From positions 1-64,000 of the IMG/VR virus record IMGVR_UViG_3300027804_002812: a DNA stretch of 64,000 nt; one strand, given 5' to 3'. A program made the translations under genes and the position numbers. Within the stretch, counting starts at the first letter, position 1, and each line of letters opens with the position of its first letter. Of the stretch, positions 45,801 through 56,360 are shown piece after piece. Source of the stretch: a virus (taxonomy: Duplodnaviria; Caudoviricetes). Below the pieces are notes generated by a model. The model saw nothing but the letters and a program-made list of their open reading frames with translations, did no database searches and was not told the DNA's origin.

Positions 45801-47544
45801 AAGTTATCATCGGTAATCTAATAGTAAAACTTTTAGTTTCACATTTTATATTCAATGCGATACAAATAAAACCGAATGGCCTAACTTTGATTACAGGAAT
45901 TTCAACATCACACAAGAAACACAAGGCTTGAATTACGATAGTGTAAATGCCCAAAAGTAAGTGAGCATTTATCAAAATAACTAATCCAACAAATTGAATT
46001 ACCGTGAATAATATTGAAAATAAAAAGTATAACAAATCAAAGTTTTTGAACCCATCATTAACAGGAAACTTGTTAATAGTACTATCACAACTATCATCAT
46101 CAATTTCTTTTATTCCAATAAATCTACCTCGTCCGTCTCCTTTTTTATATTGATCAATTAATGATGATATTGTATAAACTCGATTGAATTGAAATTCATA
46201 AAAAGTGTCTTCACAGTCAATTATTTCATTTAATCTATCTATCTGTTCTGATCCATTAAAACCATTTGTGTATCCACTCCAAGCCAAACCAAAATAATAA
46301 GAACTTTCTTGAATGTCTTTTGTTGTTTGACTTCCCGAATTGGTTGGGTCTGTTGTAGAATTAATCCATCCATACTCTTTTACGTTAGGAACCAAATAAC
46401 TCGGCCTCCTTGTCTGCATGGTTAAATCATTCGCTTGTGACCATTTTACTTTGAATCTGTACTTACCTTTAGTTGGTATGCCGAGAGTAGGATCGTTAGA
46501 CAAAACTCTTTCTCCAAATTCATTTGTTACAACATAGTCCAAATTCATTGGTAATTCTGTTAACCAAGTCCCGTCTCCATCAATTACATTACCAGCTTGT
46601 TCCAACTCATATACCTCTAGTACGGGATTACCGTCTTCATCTTGTTGTGTAGTCTGTCTTATCGCTAATATTTGACCAGGTCCTGAAGTAAGCCCACACA
46701 AATTACCCATATTATCTTTGGGTTTACAATTTCTCCTTATTCTGAATTTATCAGGAGAAGAAAACATTGACCCCATAAAAACTGAGGTTGGTTGGATATC
46801 GACGTTGGCGTCGTCTCGTAAATCAAAATCTACTCTATTAATCGATATGTCACATATTTCAGGGTCTCCCCATAAAGGAGAAATTTCAGCATTTTTGGTT
46901 AGATTAATAATTTGAGGTAAGGAATTCAAGTCAGTAGATGTTCTGAATTTATTTCCAGCAACTTGTGCTTCAGTCGCTAAACCCATTCTAATTAAATCTT
47001 GTGGTGTTAAGGAGAACTCACCTATGTCTGAAAGGTCAACATCCATCACTATAGTCTGTGCTCCGAGTGGAACTCCCATTATCATATAGTCTCCACTATC
47101 ATTTGTTCTAGAGGTGAACCTATAATACTTGTCGTAGATTTCTACGGCAGTGCTTCCTGTTAGAACATCAGATTTTGAAGGTAGTGTTCCAGTCGCAGAG
47201 TGTTTTGAATACGATGGTGTATAAGGAAGTAAATTATATCTATACCCATCATCGTTCCTATCGTTTGGAGATTTGTATGGATATATACTTGTAATTATTG
47301 GGTTTGATTCATCAACCTCTTCGATTGGAATGAATATTGAAACTCTGGCGTTTGGGACACCAAATCCATTATTAGCTGTGACTCTACCAACCAAAACACC
47401 ATAATCAGCACAGCTTCTTGTGTAGATATCAGTTTGTTGTATTTTAAGAGATAGTATTTCTAAGAACTCAAACTCTTGGTCTAATTGTACATTAATTGAT
47501 TTATTAATACCAAGTTCGGTCTTAATTCTATATGAATCACCCAT
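42799..47544 (-). CDS. Large structural protein with an N-terminal carboxypeptidase-regulatory-like (prealbumin-like) domain and an internal hydrophobic segment
   Basis: GVLVGRVTANNGFGVPNARVSIF, TNDSGDYMIMGVPLG; hydrophobic LLYFLFSILFTVIQFVGLVILINAHLLLGIYTIVIQALCFLC. Confidence 0.6.
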   Translation of the reverse strand: MGDSYRIKTELGINKSINVQLDQEFEFLEILSLKIQQTDIYTRSCADYGVLVGRVTANNGFGVPNARVSIFIPIEEVDESNPIITSIYPYKSPNDRNDDGYRYNLLPYTPSYSKHSATGTLPSKSDVLTGSTAVEIYDKYYRFTSRTNDSGDYMIMGVPLGAQTIVMDVDLSDIGEFSLTPQDLIRMGLATEAQVAGNKFRTSTDLNSLPQIINLTKNAEISPLWGDPEICDISINRVDFDLRDDANVDIQPTSVFMGSMFSSPDKFRIRRNCKPKDNMGNLCGLTSGPGQILAIRQTTQQDEDGNPVLEVYELEQAGNVIDGDGTWLTELPMNLDYVVTNEFGERVLSNDPTLGIPTKGKYRFKVKWSQANDLTMQTRRPSYLVPNVKEYGWINSTTDPTNSGSQTTKDIQESSYYFGLAWSGYTNGFNGSEQIDRLNEIIDCEDTFYEFQFNRVYTISSLIDQYKKGDGRGRFIGIKEIDDDSCDSTINKFPVNDGFKNFDLLYFLFSILFTVIQFVGLVILINAHLLLGIYTIVIQALCFLCDVEIPVIKVRPFGFICIALNIKCETKSFTIRLPMITYPECQSCSCNEGKLNSEALLGGTSGVLSYVSFPPSYYQGLESIFGADGTPSEDIQIKSSIFSQAIAGNNDSVSDLNIFKTPVSSVERFLSDESDERKHFAFSDSLTLGERINIFNSRQNYFEGLNRIKVTFAKDSNLGKFHFDNTITVLSNSNYQAGQLLTTVNPATTSDRNFLFTAQTENGIVNGITGTTITGSALIDVKYAVNQTSEQTTTYSLPTGSTVVRQSYPQDREYFQVVTAITIADAVKIWNTNELETFPNVLNAPSRITLAKKRAFPIPGYRRDDDFLINPMSAFTEMGEQYILVLQRGVDPYSPKYTNEYRLGRIFGKNIDDSEFIFTAQTRLNIPIQKLTQTNISVQPFTQSGMFYPSYFFEAGNNFSGFTTSTVGYYGSLDATSNNNRLRDENLGGVTAMVSRTNNDFYSSTQNAAKYDLSEDVSGGSYIFSNIDAFSLTPFLLLTFNFNYNDVKYEYFTPNGYPQLLVNPMPISSKINNVMRTDRLPSSDALNGSSWEANPALLQQNNNFIFYNITDPDQPLDLASYQTGAEIPIEDLDGLPNDLTVFSTFSCENMVGLDCYQGFGDNFGINQECTTKDNVYKGCYLFLRRPLLDLGKDLSNFNEWGYRFRFFYGLCRGVLSQSFMNNWINGSLYFFPIQVDTFYNRQNKVGQVRFCEDVVYYNRDSNNFYYRSSPYNFTTNKFVGKIVNKQDGGINDLNLLYPTTVINLGMKDYFYSEITFDPTTRGFILPNINPTSYGDTSDLINLFVISRITDENFLEQLIPAGDNSINQLFSRPERRIDGDLAQLLSINSEIGNINFSPEYYDILSGDTNPPTQILGTEKDPTIAVWFSSTTEDLQTKDYLTPGRINFRGTDDIGYYPYPYSIKSQVVPFYQWKLANTNLIFGNQNNTWATSLSDIVQNVRYQSLDRYASDTQYFWSNNSESNDLNARGYIFNVNGTVGNGQYIATGALKQKFVVGAPFQFYFGTIVGQTALDKFKTKYSVDE

Positions 47545-47559
47545 GTAATATCTTTAATT

Positions 47560-47567
47560 TATAAATA
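47560..47567 (-). promoter_or_regulatory. TATTTATA motif (candidate late promoter element)
   Basis: 15 nt upstream of the ATG at 47544, intergenic. Confidence 0.45.
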
Positions 47568-47642
47568 GTTTATGTGTAATTTTTAAGAATTAAAAGCACA
47601 CACATTCTAAATTATAAACCAAAGCTTCGGATAATAAACCGA

Positions 47643-49481
47643 TTATGAGAAAGTAGTAGACTGGAAATTCTGAACCGAAACCTTAATATCTTTGTTTGGA
47701 TATCTGATTTGGTATACCTGTGATGGTTGAGCGAAAATTGTTGAGTTGACTGGTTGAATTTCTCTTGTCTCAGGGTTAGAATATTGCATAGAAGTTTCTG
47801 CGGATGAATACTGACCTCCAACATTGTTGAAAACTTTAATACCCGAAACAGTTAAAACTCCATTTTGATTTTGAACAATGCTTTGAATTTCAGATAAATA
47901 AACATTCTGTCCCAACTCCCTTACTTGAGGATTAAAGTAAGCTGCGATTCTATCCACAACATCAGCAATAACTTGACCTGAATTCTGAGCCGATGTTAAA
48001 ACAATAGAAACTTCAACACTTAAATCGATAACCTCAGCAGTAAGAATAGATATATAATCATTCATCATTCTATAGTTAGAAAGATACGTCGCAACATTTT
48101 GTTTTAAGGTATTTGATACAATATTTGTTAACTTTCCTGAAGTATCATATGATAATAATTGAATCAAAATTTTGTTATTGTTTTCAGTAACTGAAACTTT
48201 AGCAGGTGCACCAAACTCTGATGGCATATTTCTGATAATAGACTCATAATCTTGTACTGTAACGGCTCTTTTTTGAGCTGAGAAGTTGAATGACACATAG
48301 TTTCTAATTTCTTCAAGTGACGGTAACCCCGCTCCACCGATTGCCGCAGTAACGTTATTACATCTCAAAGAATTCACTACTGATGAGTTAGTAAGCTCGG
48401 ATGGTCCATTAACAAAGAAAGACACAGTACCAATTTGAGTAATAACATTTGTCCCTAAGTTAGTACCTAAGCCACCACCGATTCTATATTGTACAAATAA
48501 AGTTGAGTTTGGAGTTAAAGCAGACCCTAAAGATATGTTGTTCGAATATCTCTGTAAATCTATTGTCGCCCCTAATGTCGTGAATTGGTTAAGAGCATCT
48601 TGTGCAGTATTTGTACCACCACCAAAAGTTAATTTTTTGAATCCTTCAGGTGTATATTCACTAATAAATCTATTTGGTGTTTGAATATACCTACCAACTT
48701 TAATACCTGGTTGGTCAGATACTTTTGTTGGATCTTCAATAAAAACTCTATCTTCGGCTAAAGCGTCTACCTCATACCATTTGTTAGATGGTCCTAAAAA
48801 TTCCGCACTTGTTGGTATGTTGGTATATTCAGTTCCACTCTTAAGTAAAACACTTGTTATACCCAGCACATTTTTTTCAGGTAGAAACAATTCAAAAAAT
48901 GGTTTAACATCATTTGGTGTTATAACTCTTTTGAAAACCTTAGTAATACCATTAACTACCAACTCTCGTTTAGTAATTGTATAGTTTACTAATACGTTAT
49001 TGGCATTGAAGTTAGGTATCTTAAGTCTATTAGGAAATCCTTGGGCATTGTATGGTGAAGTGAAATCAACATCATATATATTTTCAAAAACAATTCCCGC
49101 CCCTGAAACTTGTGACCCTCTTGATAAAATTCCAAGATATCTTTCATCTTCTTTATCACCGAAGGCTGGTACCGTAATTGAGAAATCTACTAAAGATACC
49201 GATGGTCTTTGTCCAGGTAGTTTCAAACCATAAGTTCTTGCAATATTATATATTGAAGATCTTTGTTGTGCATATTGTAGTACTGTTTCTTGAATACTCC
49301 TATCGATGTGATAATGTAAGTTATCCGCAACGGCAGCATTCAAGTCCAAAAATACTGAAAATACAGATGCGTCATTAAAATCTTGTATTAGTTCAGGATA
49401 ATATGTCCTCACATAATTCAGTAACTCAGTTCTTATCCCCTGATAATCTCTAGTTGTATATGAAATTTTACGATTTGCCAT
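47643..49481 (-). CDS. Baseplate wedge subunit (T4 gp6 / baseplate J-like)
   Basis: ISYTTRDYQGIRTELLNY, AQQRSSIYNIARTYG, GG...SLEEIR, QKRAVTVQDYE; follows the gp25-like gene. Confidence 0.85.
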   Translation of the reverse strand: MANRKISYTTRDYQGIRTELLNYVRTYYPELIQDFNDASVFSVFLDLNAAVADNLHYHIDRSIQETVLQYAQQRSSIYNIARTYGLKLPGQRPSVSLVDFSITVPAFGDKEDERYLGILSRGSQVSGAGIVFENIYDVDFTSPYNAQGFPNRLKIPNFNANNVLVNYTITKRELVVNGITKVFKRVITPNDVKPFFELFLPEKNVLGITSVLLKSGTEYTNIPTSAEFLGPSNKWYEVDALAEDRVFIEDPTKVSDQPGIKVGRYIQTPNRFISEYTPEGFKKLTFGGGTNTAQDALNQFTTLGATIDLQRYSNNISLGSALTPNSTLFVQYRIGGGLGTNLGTNVITQIGTVSFFVNGPSELTNSSVVNSLRCNNVTAAIGGAGLPSLEEIRNYVSFNFSAQKRAVTVQDYESIIRNMPSEFGAPAKVSVTENNNKILIQLLSYDTSGKLTNIVSNTLKQNVATYLSNYRMMNDYISILTAEVIDLSVEVSIVLTSAQNSGQVIADVVDRIAAYFNPQVRELGQNVYLSEIQSIVQNQNGVLTVSGIKVFNNVGGQYSSAETSMQYSNPETREIQPVNSTIFAQPSQVYQIRYPNKDIKVSVQNFQSTTFS

Positions 49482-49486
49482 CTATA

Positions 49487-49957
49487 TTAAATATTAATAA
49501 TAACAAAATCACTTTGAGCAAAAGTCGATCTGTTGTTTGAGTAATCTATTCTAATTTTTGCAGTATATTCTGAAGTGCCTTTTCCTGGTAATCTGTAAAT
49601 TGGAGATTCACTTGTACCAATAATATTTTCACCTATCATAGTATCAACTTCCTCCATTGGGTCCGCTGGTGTAATTGTTATCTGATTTAATAAAAGGTTT
49701 GGCATAAACTGTTGAACCGCGTCTCTTATATCTGATTGAATTGCATCAAAAGTCAATCCATCGAATGGTTCGAATAAGAATTCGTATAATCTAGTACCAA
49801 ATTCAGGTAAATAATATCTACTTCCCTTCCTTGTTAAAAGTAAGTGTATTAAATCAGATTTTACCTGTTGAGATTCTAATTGAGTAAGTTCTAAAAAATC
49901 CCCTCGTCTCGAATCTCTGAATGGAAAATTAATACCATATGTAACTCCGTTTGCCAT
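49487..49957 (-). CDS. Baseplate assembly protein, GPW/gp25-like
   Basis: YGINFPF, VKSDLIHLLLTRKGSRYYLPEFGTRLYEFLFEP; start reassigned to MANG at 49957. Confidence 0.85.
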   Translation of the reverse strand: MANGVTYGINFPFRDSRRGDFLELTQLESQQVKSDLIHLLLTRKGSRYYLPEFGTRLYEFLFEPFDGLTFDAIQSDIRDAVQQFMPNLLLNQITITPADPMEEVDTMIGENIIGTSESPIYRLPGKGTSEYTAKIRIDYSNNRSTFAQSDFVIINI

Positions 49958-49987
49958 AAAGATAAATATAAGTCCCTTGTTTTTCCT

Positions 49988-49995
49988 TATAAATA
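49988..49995 (-). promoter_or_regulatory. TATTTATA motif (candidate late promoter element)
   Basis: Directly downstream of the nrdA terminator and 30 nt upstream of the gp25-like ATG. Confidence 0.5.
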
Positions 49996-50000
49996 GCCAC

Positions 50001-50030
50001 AAATAAAAAATCCCGATATATATCGGGATT
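50001..50030 (-). terminator. Rho-independent terminator after nrdA
   Basis: Coding strand AATCCCGATA-TA-TATCGGGATT followed by TTTTATTT, 10 nt after the nrdA stop. Confidence 0.8.
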
Positions 50031-50040
50031 AATTATTTAA

Positions 50041-52467
50041 TTAAGATGAACAACCGAAACATTCAATTTCAATTCCTTCAGGTTTTGGTGGTAAATTCAT
50101 ACTACTATAATCTACTTTTGGAACCTCAACATTTGGTTTTGGTTTTTGTGTCTTTGAGATATCCAACGCTAAGTGTTTAGCCCCTGTTGATATCGCTTTA
50201 GTTCTTACATAATAACACAAAGTTTTCAATCCTTTTTCCCATGAATGGAAGTGGGATGATGTAATCTTTGACAATGTCGGGTTAGACATATAGATATTCA
50301 TAGACTGAGATTGGTCAATGAAAGGTGCTCTGTCAGCCGCCATGTTAATCAATTCTCTCTGAGAAATTTCCCAAATTGTTTTGTACTTTGGAATTAGGTG
50401 TTCAATTCTTTTAACTTTTTTGTTGTAGTTTTTATCTTCAGGGTCAAGATATAAATTAAAGTTAATATTTTGAATTGAACCTTCATTCAGAATTATTTCA
50501 TTCTTCAAGTCTTCAGACCAAATGCCAATTTTTTCGAAATCGTTAATCAAGTATTTGTTCACAATCATAATTTCACCTCCAACAACTCGTCTGTTGAATA
50601 ATGCAGAGTGTGCTGGTTCTGTCATTTCAAAAGAACCAGTAATCTTTGCAGATGACGCAACAGGCATCTGAGCGGTAAATAATGAATTACAAACGCCATA
50701 CTCCATAACATCTTTCTTCAATGTTTCCCAATCCAAGAATAACTCTGATTCGTTAACACTCCACATATCAAATTGGAAAATACCTTTCGACATTGGAGAA
50801 CCTTTGAAGAATTCGTAAGGTCTTCTAATTCCTTTTTTACACAAATCATTACTTTCAGTGACCGCAGCGAAATAAATTGCTTCAAAAATATTTTTATTCA
50901 ATGTTTTAGCCTCATCCGAAGTGAAGACATAATCCATAAGACAGAATACGTCAGCTAAACCTTGTACTCCAATACCAATCGCTCTTTGTTCCAAACCGCC
51001 TTTAAGACCTTTCTGAGTTGAATAGTTGTTCTTATCAATAACATTGTTCAATGCACGAACAGCCTTTCTTACTTCTTCAATCAAAAGTTTATAATCAAAC
51101 TTTCCGTCAACGATAAAGTTTTTCAAAACGATTGATGATAGTGTACAAATCGCAGTTGTATCCTCATCAGTATACTGATAAATTTCATTACACAAGTTAG
51201 ATTGTTTGATTACACCGATGTTTTGATGGTTGGTCTTCTTGTTCGCACTATCTTTAGCACATAAGTAAGGGACACCAGTTTCAACTTGGGATTCGATTAC
51301 TTTACTCCAAATCTCTTGTGCCTTTACCTTACGACCAATACCAGCATTTACAGCCAACTGATAGTTTCTTTCATACTCGTCACCAAAACATTCCTGTAAA
51401 GGTTTGATACCTGCTTTGATAATATCATTTGGACAGAACAAATACCAATCTTCATTGTTTTTAACTGCTCTCATGAAATTATCAGGAATCCAAAGTGCTG
51501 TAAACAAATCTCTTGCTCTTAATTCTTCTGCCCCTGTATTCTTTTTGATATCCAATAAATCAAAGATATCTTTGTGCCATGGTTCCAAGTATATCGCAGC
51601 ACTACCAGGCCTTCTTCCTTGTTGGTTAAAGAATCTCAATGACTCGTTTACAATCTTAAGATATTTTAACAACCCACCAGCGAAACCACCAGATGATTTG
51701 ATTCTACTTTCTTTACTCCTGATGTTGGACATAGATAATCCAATACCTGCAGCATCTGAAGAATATGTTGAAATATCATTCAAGGTTTTCAATAATCCAT
51801 CTCTTGAATCTGAGTTGTTGTAATGTAACACACAAGATGCTAACTGAGGAACTTTAGTTCCTGAGTTAATCATAATTGGAGTCGCTTTAGAAATACGTTG
51901 ACTTGATAATGAATGGTAGTATTCTACCGCTTCTTCGAATGAATTAGTAACCCACAGAGCAACTCTCATATACATGTGTTGAGGTCTTTCAATTACTTTA
52001 CCTTGTGGAGTTTTCAACAAATACATTTCTTGTAATGATCTCCATCCAAAATAATCAAAGTTGTAATCATTCTCATGATTGATAACCTCATCAATCTTAG
52101 AAGGTCCATACTTCTCAATCATCTCCATAAGTTCATCGTGAACAACACCATCAACATGAAGGGTATGCATCACATTTGAAAAACTTGGGTCAGTTTCTTT
52201 ATGATACGATGAGATAGCTACTGACGCAGCAAGTCTCGAATAATCATAGTGACTTCCAGTATATGCCGCAGCAATTTCATATACAAGTTTATCTAACTCC
52301 TTTGTAGTTATGTTACCTTCAGTTGGTACTGATGTAATGACCTTAATGAAAATCTCATCAGAGTTTACAGTCAAACCTTTTGCAGCACGTTTAATTCTGT
52401 TATAAATTTTTTGAGGATTGAACGCAACGTCATCCCCATTTCTTTTTTTAATTTTTAATGACATCAT
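50041..52467 (-). CDS. nrdA: Ribonucleoside-diphosphate reductase alpha subunit, class Ia, with ATP cone
   Basis: KIKKRNG ATP cone, QLASC, QSNLCNEI, AQMPVASS, GLKTLCYY, C-terminal CFGC. Confidence 0.97.
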   Translation of the reverse strand: MMSLKIKKRNGDDVAFNPQKIYNRIKRAAKGLTVNSDEIFIKVITSVPTEGNITTKELDKLVYEIAAAYTGSHYDYSRLAASVAISSYHKETDPSFSNVMHTLHVDGVVHDELMEMIEKYGPSKIDEVINHENDYNFDYFGWRSLQEMYLLKTPQGKVIERPQHMYMRVALWVTNSFEEAVEYYHSLSSQRISKATPIMINSGTKVPQLASCVLHYNNSDSRDGLLKTLNDISTYSSDAAGIGLSMSNIRSKESRIKSSGGFAGGLLKYLKIVNESLRFFNQQGRRPGSAAIYLEPWHKDIFDLLDIKKNTGAEELRARDLFTALWIPDNFMRAVKNNEDWYLFCPNDIIKAGIKPLQECFGDEYERNYQLAVNAGIGRKVKAQEIWSKVIESQVETGVPYLCAKDSANKKTNHQNIGVIKQSNLCNEIYQYTDEDTTAICTLSSIVLKNFIVDGKFDYKLLIEEVRKAVRALNNVIDKNNYSTQKGLKGGLEQRAIGIGVQGLADVFCLMDYVFTSDEAKTLNKNIFEAIYFAAVTESNDLCKKGIRRPYEFFKGSPMSKGIFQFDMWSVNESELFLDWETLKKDVMEYGVCNSLFTAQMPVASSAKITGSFEMTEPAHSALFNRRVVGGEIMIVNKYLINDFEKIGIWSEDLKNEIILNEGSIQNINFNLYLDPEDKNYNKKVKRIEHLIPKYKTIWEISQRELINMAADRAPFIDQSQSMNIYMSNPTLSKITSSHFHSWEKGLKTLCYYVRTKAISTGAKHLALDISKTQKPKPNVEVPKVDYSSMNLPPKPEGIEIECFGCSS

Positions 52468-52485
52468 AGATATAAAAGTATTAAA

Positions 52486-53433
52486 TTAAAAATCAGAATC
52501 AAATGATAACTCTTCGTTTAGTTTCGCTTTTTGGTATTCCATTGTTCTTGATTCAAAGAAGTTACCCTTCGTTTCAACTGCAATCTGTTCCATAAACTTG
52601 AATGGTTGTTCAACATTAAACTCTTTTTTACATCCGAATTTAACCAACAATCCATCAGTAACGAACTCTAAATATTGTTTCATAAGATTGGAGTTCATAC
52701 CAATAAGTGAAACAGGTAATGATTCTGTGATGAATTCTTTTTCAATCTCCAATGCAGATAATAAGATTTCTTTGATTCTTTTCTCTGATGGTTTATTTTC
52801 CAAGTGGTTATTAACCAAGTGAATTGCAAAGTCGCAGTGAAGATTCTCATCTTTGAAAATCAAACTGTTTGCGTTACACAAACCTTGCATGATACCTCTT
52901 GATTTCAACCAAAAAATTGAACAGAAAGACCCTGAGAAGAAGATACCTTCAACCGCCGCAAAGGCAATAAGTCTTTCTTGGAAGGTTGAATTTTGAATCC
53001 AATCCAACGCCCACTTTGCTTTCTTTTGAACTGCAGGTAGGTTATCCAAAGCAGTGAAACAAAGTTGTTTTTCTTTTTCATTTGAAATGTATGTGTCAAT
53101 CAATAATGAATACATCAAACTATGAATGTTCTCCATCATCAACTGAAATCCATAGAAAAATTTAGCTTCAGGATATTGTACTTCTTTCACGAAGTTTTCT
53201 GCAAGATTTTCATTAACGATACCATCAGAAGCCGCGAAAAATGATAAAATATTTTTAATAAAATATTGTTCATTTTCTGTTAGATTATTCCAATCTCTAA
53301 TATCGTTAGTTAAATCTACTTCTTCAGCCGTCCAAAAAGCAGCTTGGTGTTGTTTGTAAAATTCCCAAATGTCATTGTGCTCAATGGGGAATATAACGAA
53401 TCTATTGGGATTCTCTACTAAAATTTTTTCCAT
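52486..53433 (-). CDS. nrdB: Ribonucleoside-diphosphate reductase beta subunit
   Basis: [45 protein letters not shown]...EY. Confidence 0.97.
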   Translation of the reverse strand: MEKILVENPNRFVIFPIEHNDIWEFYKQHQAAFWTAEEVDLTNDIRDWNNLTENEQYFIKNILSFFAASDGIVNENLAENFVKEVQYPEAKFFYGFQLMMENIHSLMYSLLIDTYISNEKEKQLCFTALDNLPAVQKKAKWALDWIQNSTFQERLIAFAAVEGIFFSGSFCSIFWLKSRGIMQGLCNANSLIFKDENLHCDFAIHLVNNHLENKPSEKRIKEILLSALEIEKEFITESLPVSLIGMNSNLMKQYLEFVTDGLLVKFGCKKEFNVEQPFKFMEQIAVETKGNFFESRTMEYQKAKLNEELSFDSDF

Positions 53434-53447
53434 AATAATTGTGTGTT

Positions 53448-54833
53448 TTATAATTGTTGTCTTTGTTGTTCTTCTTTTTGTTTCCTTTTCTCCATCAACT
53501 CTTTGACTCTGTCTCTCTTCTTCTCTTCTTGTTGTTCTTCGAATCCTAAGAACGTAACTGAACTTTCTGTATCAATCTCAAGAAGTTCATTGTTGAACTT
53601 ACAATTTTCGAATACAACCCCATCTTTCCCAAGACGTGATTTTGTAATCGCTATTGTTGCCAGATTCATTTCTTTTTGTTGGAGTGTTTTTGCCACCGTA
53701 ATAATAACGTGCCCAACTTGAGCCTTCTTAATTGACCCTCCCATTTGGTCAGTAGTAACTACTTCTGAAGAAATGGAACTTCTATTCCCTTGAGTCGCAG
53801 TCCAACCAACTAAGTTAAGTTCGTGACACATCGCTTCAAATCCTCTCATTACCGAACCCTCCGCCTTCCACTCATCCTTAGAAGATGATTCTGGTAATAC
53901 ACAATCAATATAATCTAACATAATCATATCAATTTTGTTTCCATCTGCAATCATTTTTCTAACCTGATTTTTAAGTTGATTCATTGTCATAGTATCAGAT
54001 GCCAATTTCTTTAATACAAGTTTATTTTTCATTGTTTCTTGTACTTCAGTAATTTTTGACATAACTTCTTCTTTATGATGTGCCAACTCATCAGGTGGAA
54101 TACCTGTCCAAATCGTAAAGTGTTTCCTCTGAACAATCTTTGGATTGTCCTCAAAGAATACTTGGAGAACATTATAACCCAAATTGAATGCAGTATTTGC
54201 AATCTTGGTCAAGATGGTTGTCTTACCTACACCAGTTGGTGCAAGGATTACACCTATCTCACCCTTAGCCAAACCGCCCTTAAGTAGTTTATCAATACCT
54301 GGTATACCCATAGGTATTGGGTGTCTATAATCCTCATCTAATACTGTCTCCAAGTCCGAGAAAATATCTGTTTGACCTTTCTCTATTTCACCAACCTGTA
54401 AAGCCTCTCTAACTAACCCCTCCACTTTATCATAAGATTCAAAATCACCTTGAGTGATGATTTTTTGAGCCTTATCCATAGCCTTCTGAAGTTCTTGTTG
54501 TTTACAGAATTTCAAAGCCTTTTCTTGGACAAACTGTGTTCCTTCGAATGGAGCGTCTTTAACTTGTTTGAGTGTATCTAAAACAATTTTAGCGACTAAT
54601 TCTTGAGAAACTTCAGACTTGACAATTTGTTCGAGAGTTTCGAAGTTAGGGGTTGATTCATACTTTACATAGTATTCCTTAATCATCTGTAAAAGGATTT
54701 TGAAATACTTGTTATCAAAGTATGTTGACTCGATGACATCAAGAATAGACGATGAAAAGTCTTTATCTACCACAATCTGATTCAATAGTTGAATCTGGAA
54801 AGTGTTCCCTAAGTAATCGAAATTTTTGTTCAT
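53448..54833 (-). CDS. Replicative DnaB-like (gp41-like) helicase
   Basis: [21 protein letters not shown] (Walker A), [19 protein letters not shown]. Confidence 0.9.
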   Translation of the reverse strand: MNKNFDYLGNTFQIQLLNQIVVDKDFSSSILDVIESTYFDNKYFKILLQMIKEYYVKYESTPNFETLEQIVKSEVSQELVAKIVLDTLKQVKDAPFEGTQFVQEKALKFCKQQELQKAMDKAQKIITQGDFESYDKVEGLVREALQVGEIEKGQTDIFSDLETVLDEDYRHPIPMGIPGIDKLLKGGLAKGEIGVILAPTGVGKTTILTKIANTAFNLGYNVLQVFFEDNPKIVQRKHFTIWTGIPPDELAHHKEEVMSKITEVQETMKNKLVLKKLASDTMTMNQLKNQVRKMIADGNKIDMIMLDYIDCVLPESSSKDEWKAEGSVMRGFEAMCHELNLVGWTATQGNRSSISSEVVTTDQMGGSIKKAQVGHVIITVAKTLQQKEMNLATIAITKSRLGKDGVVFENCKFNNELLEIDTESSVTFLGFEEQQEEKKRDRVKELMEKRKQKEEQQRQQL

Positions 54834-54868
54834 ATATTTGTAATGCTCCCCTGTGTATTATTAAATAC

Positions 54869-55321
54869 TCACTTACTCAAATCAAAATCCAAATATTGAT
54901 AACTTAATCTTTGTTCTGAAAAAATGTCAGTTAATTCTCTAAGAATGTCTTTCAAAAATGGTCGTACGTCAACGGTATAACGAACTTTGGGTGGAAAATA
55001 TTTTCCATCAAAAATTCTATGACAAATTGTCGTGTCTCCATTTTTAACGAAGATGTTAAAGATTTCTGGTCCGTCAGTATAAGAGGTATCCATAACTGAT
55101 GGGTCATGCATAATAGATTCACTATTATCCGTCATGTAAATAACAGTCTTCATTTTCAAATGATACTGTAGGTCATCTTTAATCTCATTAATGAGGTCAT
55201 AGAATTCAATTGAGTTTTTTGCCTTTGGATTGTAACCTCTAACATTGAAATACCTTTGAACAACAATGTTGTCGTTAAGGGTTAGAAGAAATTCCATTTT
55301 AGTGCTGTCTTGCTCTTTCAT
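54869..55321 (-). CDS. Conserved-looking hypothetical protein in the replication cassette
   Basis: Start reassigned to MKEQDSTKM (55321) to avoid overlap with the exonuclease; no family recognised. Confidence 0.65.
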   Translation of the reverse strand: MKEQDSTKMEFLLTLNDNIVVQRYFNVRGYNPKAKNSIEFYDLINEIKDDLQYHLKMKTVIYMTDNSESIMHDPSVMDTSYTDGPEIFNIFVKNGDTTICHRIFDGKYFPPKVRYTVDVRPFLKDILRELTDIFSEQRLSYQYLDFDLSK

Positions 55322-55329
55322 AAAGTTTT

Positions 55330-56331
55330 TTAATTTTTGTTTGTGTTTCGTTTTTCTTTTCGTGTAAGTTTCATAAATGGTCGGAGGAAATTTACCCAAG
55401 CCTCATCATTCTTGGGTAGGTACTTGAAGAGTCCGTCCTCCATCATCATTCTCATCAAGTTTTTGTATCCACGGTCGGTGGGGTCTATTGTGTCTGTATG
55501 TATCTGTTCCACAAGTTCTTTCCCATCTTCAGTGATTAAAGGATTGTGTAGATCCACGATTTTTTTGTTTGTTTCGAAGAACTGTTCTCCAAATGTACCA
55601 CTTTTAGTTTTACCAATCAAAATGTTTTCTAAAGCCTTTGGTTTTTTCTTTTGCTCTATATTTCGTGCGTTATCTAATATTTCCTCGATAGTACATAATT
55701 TTTCCAAAATCTGAGGGAATAATTTGACTAAAGTTTTTTCACCCAACATTTCAATACCATCTATATTGTCAGACTTGTCCCCCGTCAAAATTTTGGTTAA
55801 TAAGACATTTTGATGGGGTATGTTGACCTTGTTAATAGTAATCATATCTCCATACCTATAATATTGTTTAGAGGTCGGAGAATAGATTGTAACTCGTTCT
55901 GATATAAGTTGGGTTAAGTCTTTGTCTGCGGAAAATATAATAATTTCCTCATCAACAGAAATCTTGGTATAGTAAGCAATTAGGTCATCTGCTTCATTGT
56001 TTATCATTTCAACCTGACGCACAAAGATTTCTTCAAGATATTGTTTAACTCTCGATTTTTGTTGAAGATATGACTCGTACTTATACTCGTTCATATCTTG
56101 CCGACGATTTGCTTTATATTGAGGATAAATGGATTTCCGTATAGATGAGTTGGAGTTTCCATCCCAAAAGACCACAACCTTATCATGATTGTGTTCTTCC
56201 AAAAACTTTCTTAAGATGTTTATAAAATGGTAGATTCCACCTAAGTGGTCTCCACCATTGTACAACTCTTTTACTCCATGAAATCCTATTTTGAACAGAT
56301 TATCTCCGTCCACTAATAATGTTTTAATCAC
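55330..56331 (-). CDS. 5'-3' exonuclease / RNase H (PolI N-terminal, FEN-like)
   Basis: LLVDGDN, VVFWDG, YKANR, EADDLIA, SADKDLTQL, LTGDKSDNIDGI, GEKT. Confidence 0.93.
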   Translation of the reverse strand: MIKTLLVDGDNLFKIGFHGVKELYNGGDHLGGIYHFINILRKFLEEHNHDKVVVFWDGNSNSSIRKSIYPQYKANRRQDMNEYKYESYLQQKSRVKQYLEEIFVRQVEMINNEADDLIAYYTKISVDEEIIIFSADKDLTQLISERVTIYSPTSKQYYRYGDMITINKVNIPHQNVLLTKILTGDKSDNIDGIEMLGEKTLVKLFPQILEKLCTIEEILDNARNIEQKKKPKALENILIGKTKSGTFGEQFFETNKKIVDLHNPLITEDGKELVEQIHTDTIDPTDRGYKNLMRMMMEDGLFKYLPKNDEAWVNFLRPFMKLTRKEKRNTNKN

Positions 56332-56360
56332 AACTCGTGATTTTAATGTGAAACAATAAA

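Noticed and set aside
49957-55399. N-terminal extensions in the track for 49487..50002 and 54869..55399 (also 3853..4641, 23321..24187, 32796..33137)
   Set aside because: The extensions overlap regulatory motifs or upstream genes; downstream ATGs avoid this or give ATGA coupling.
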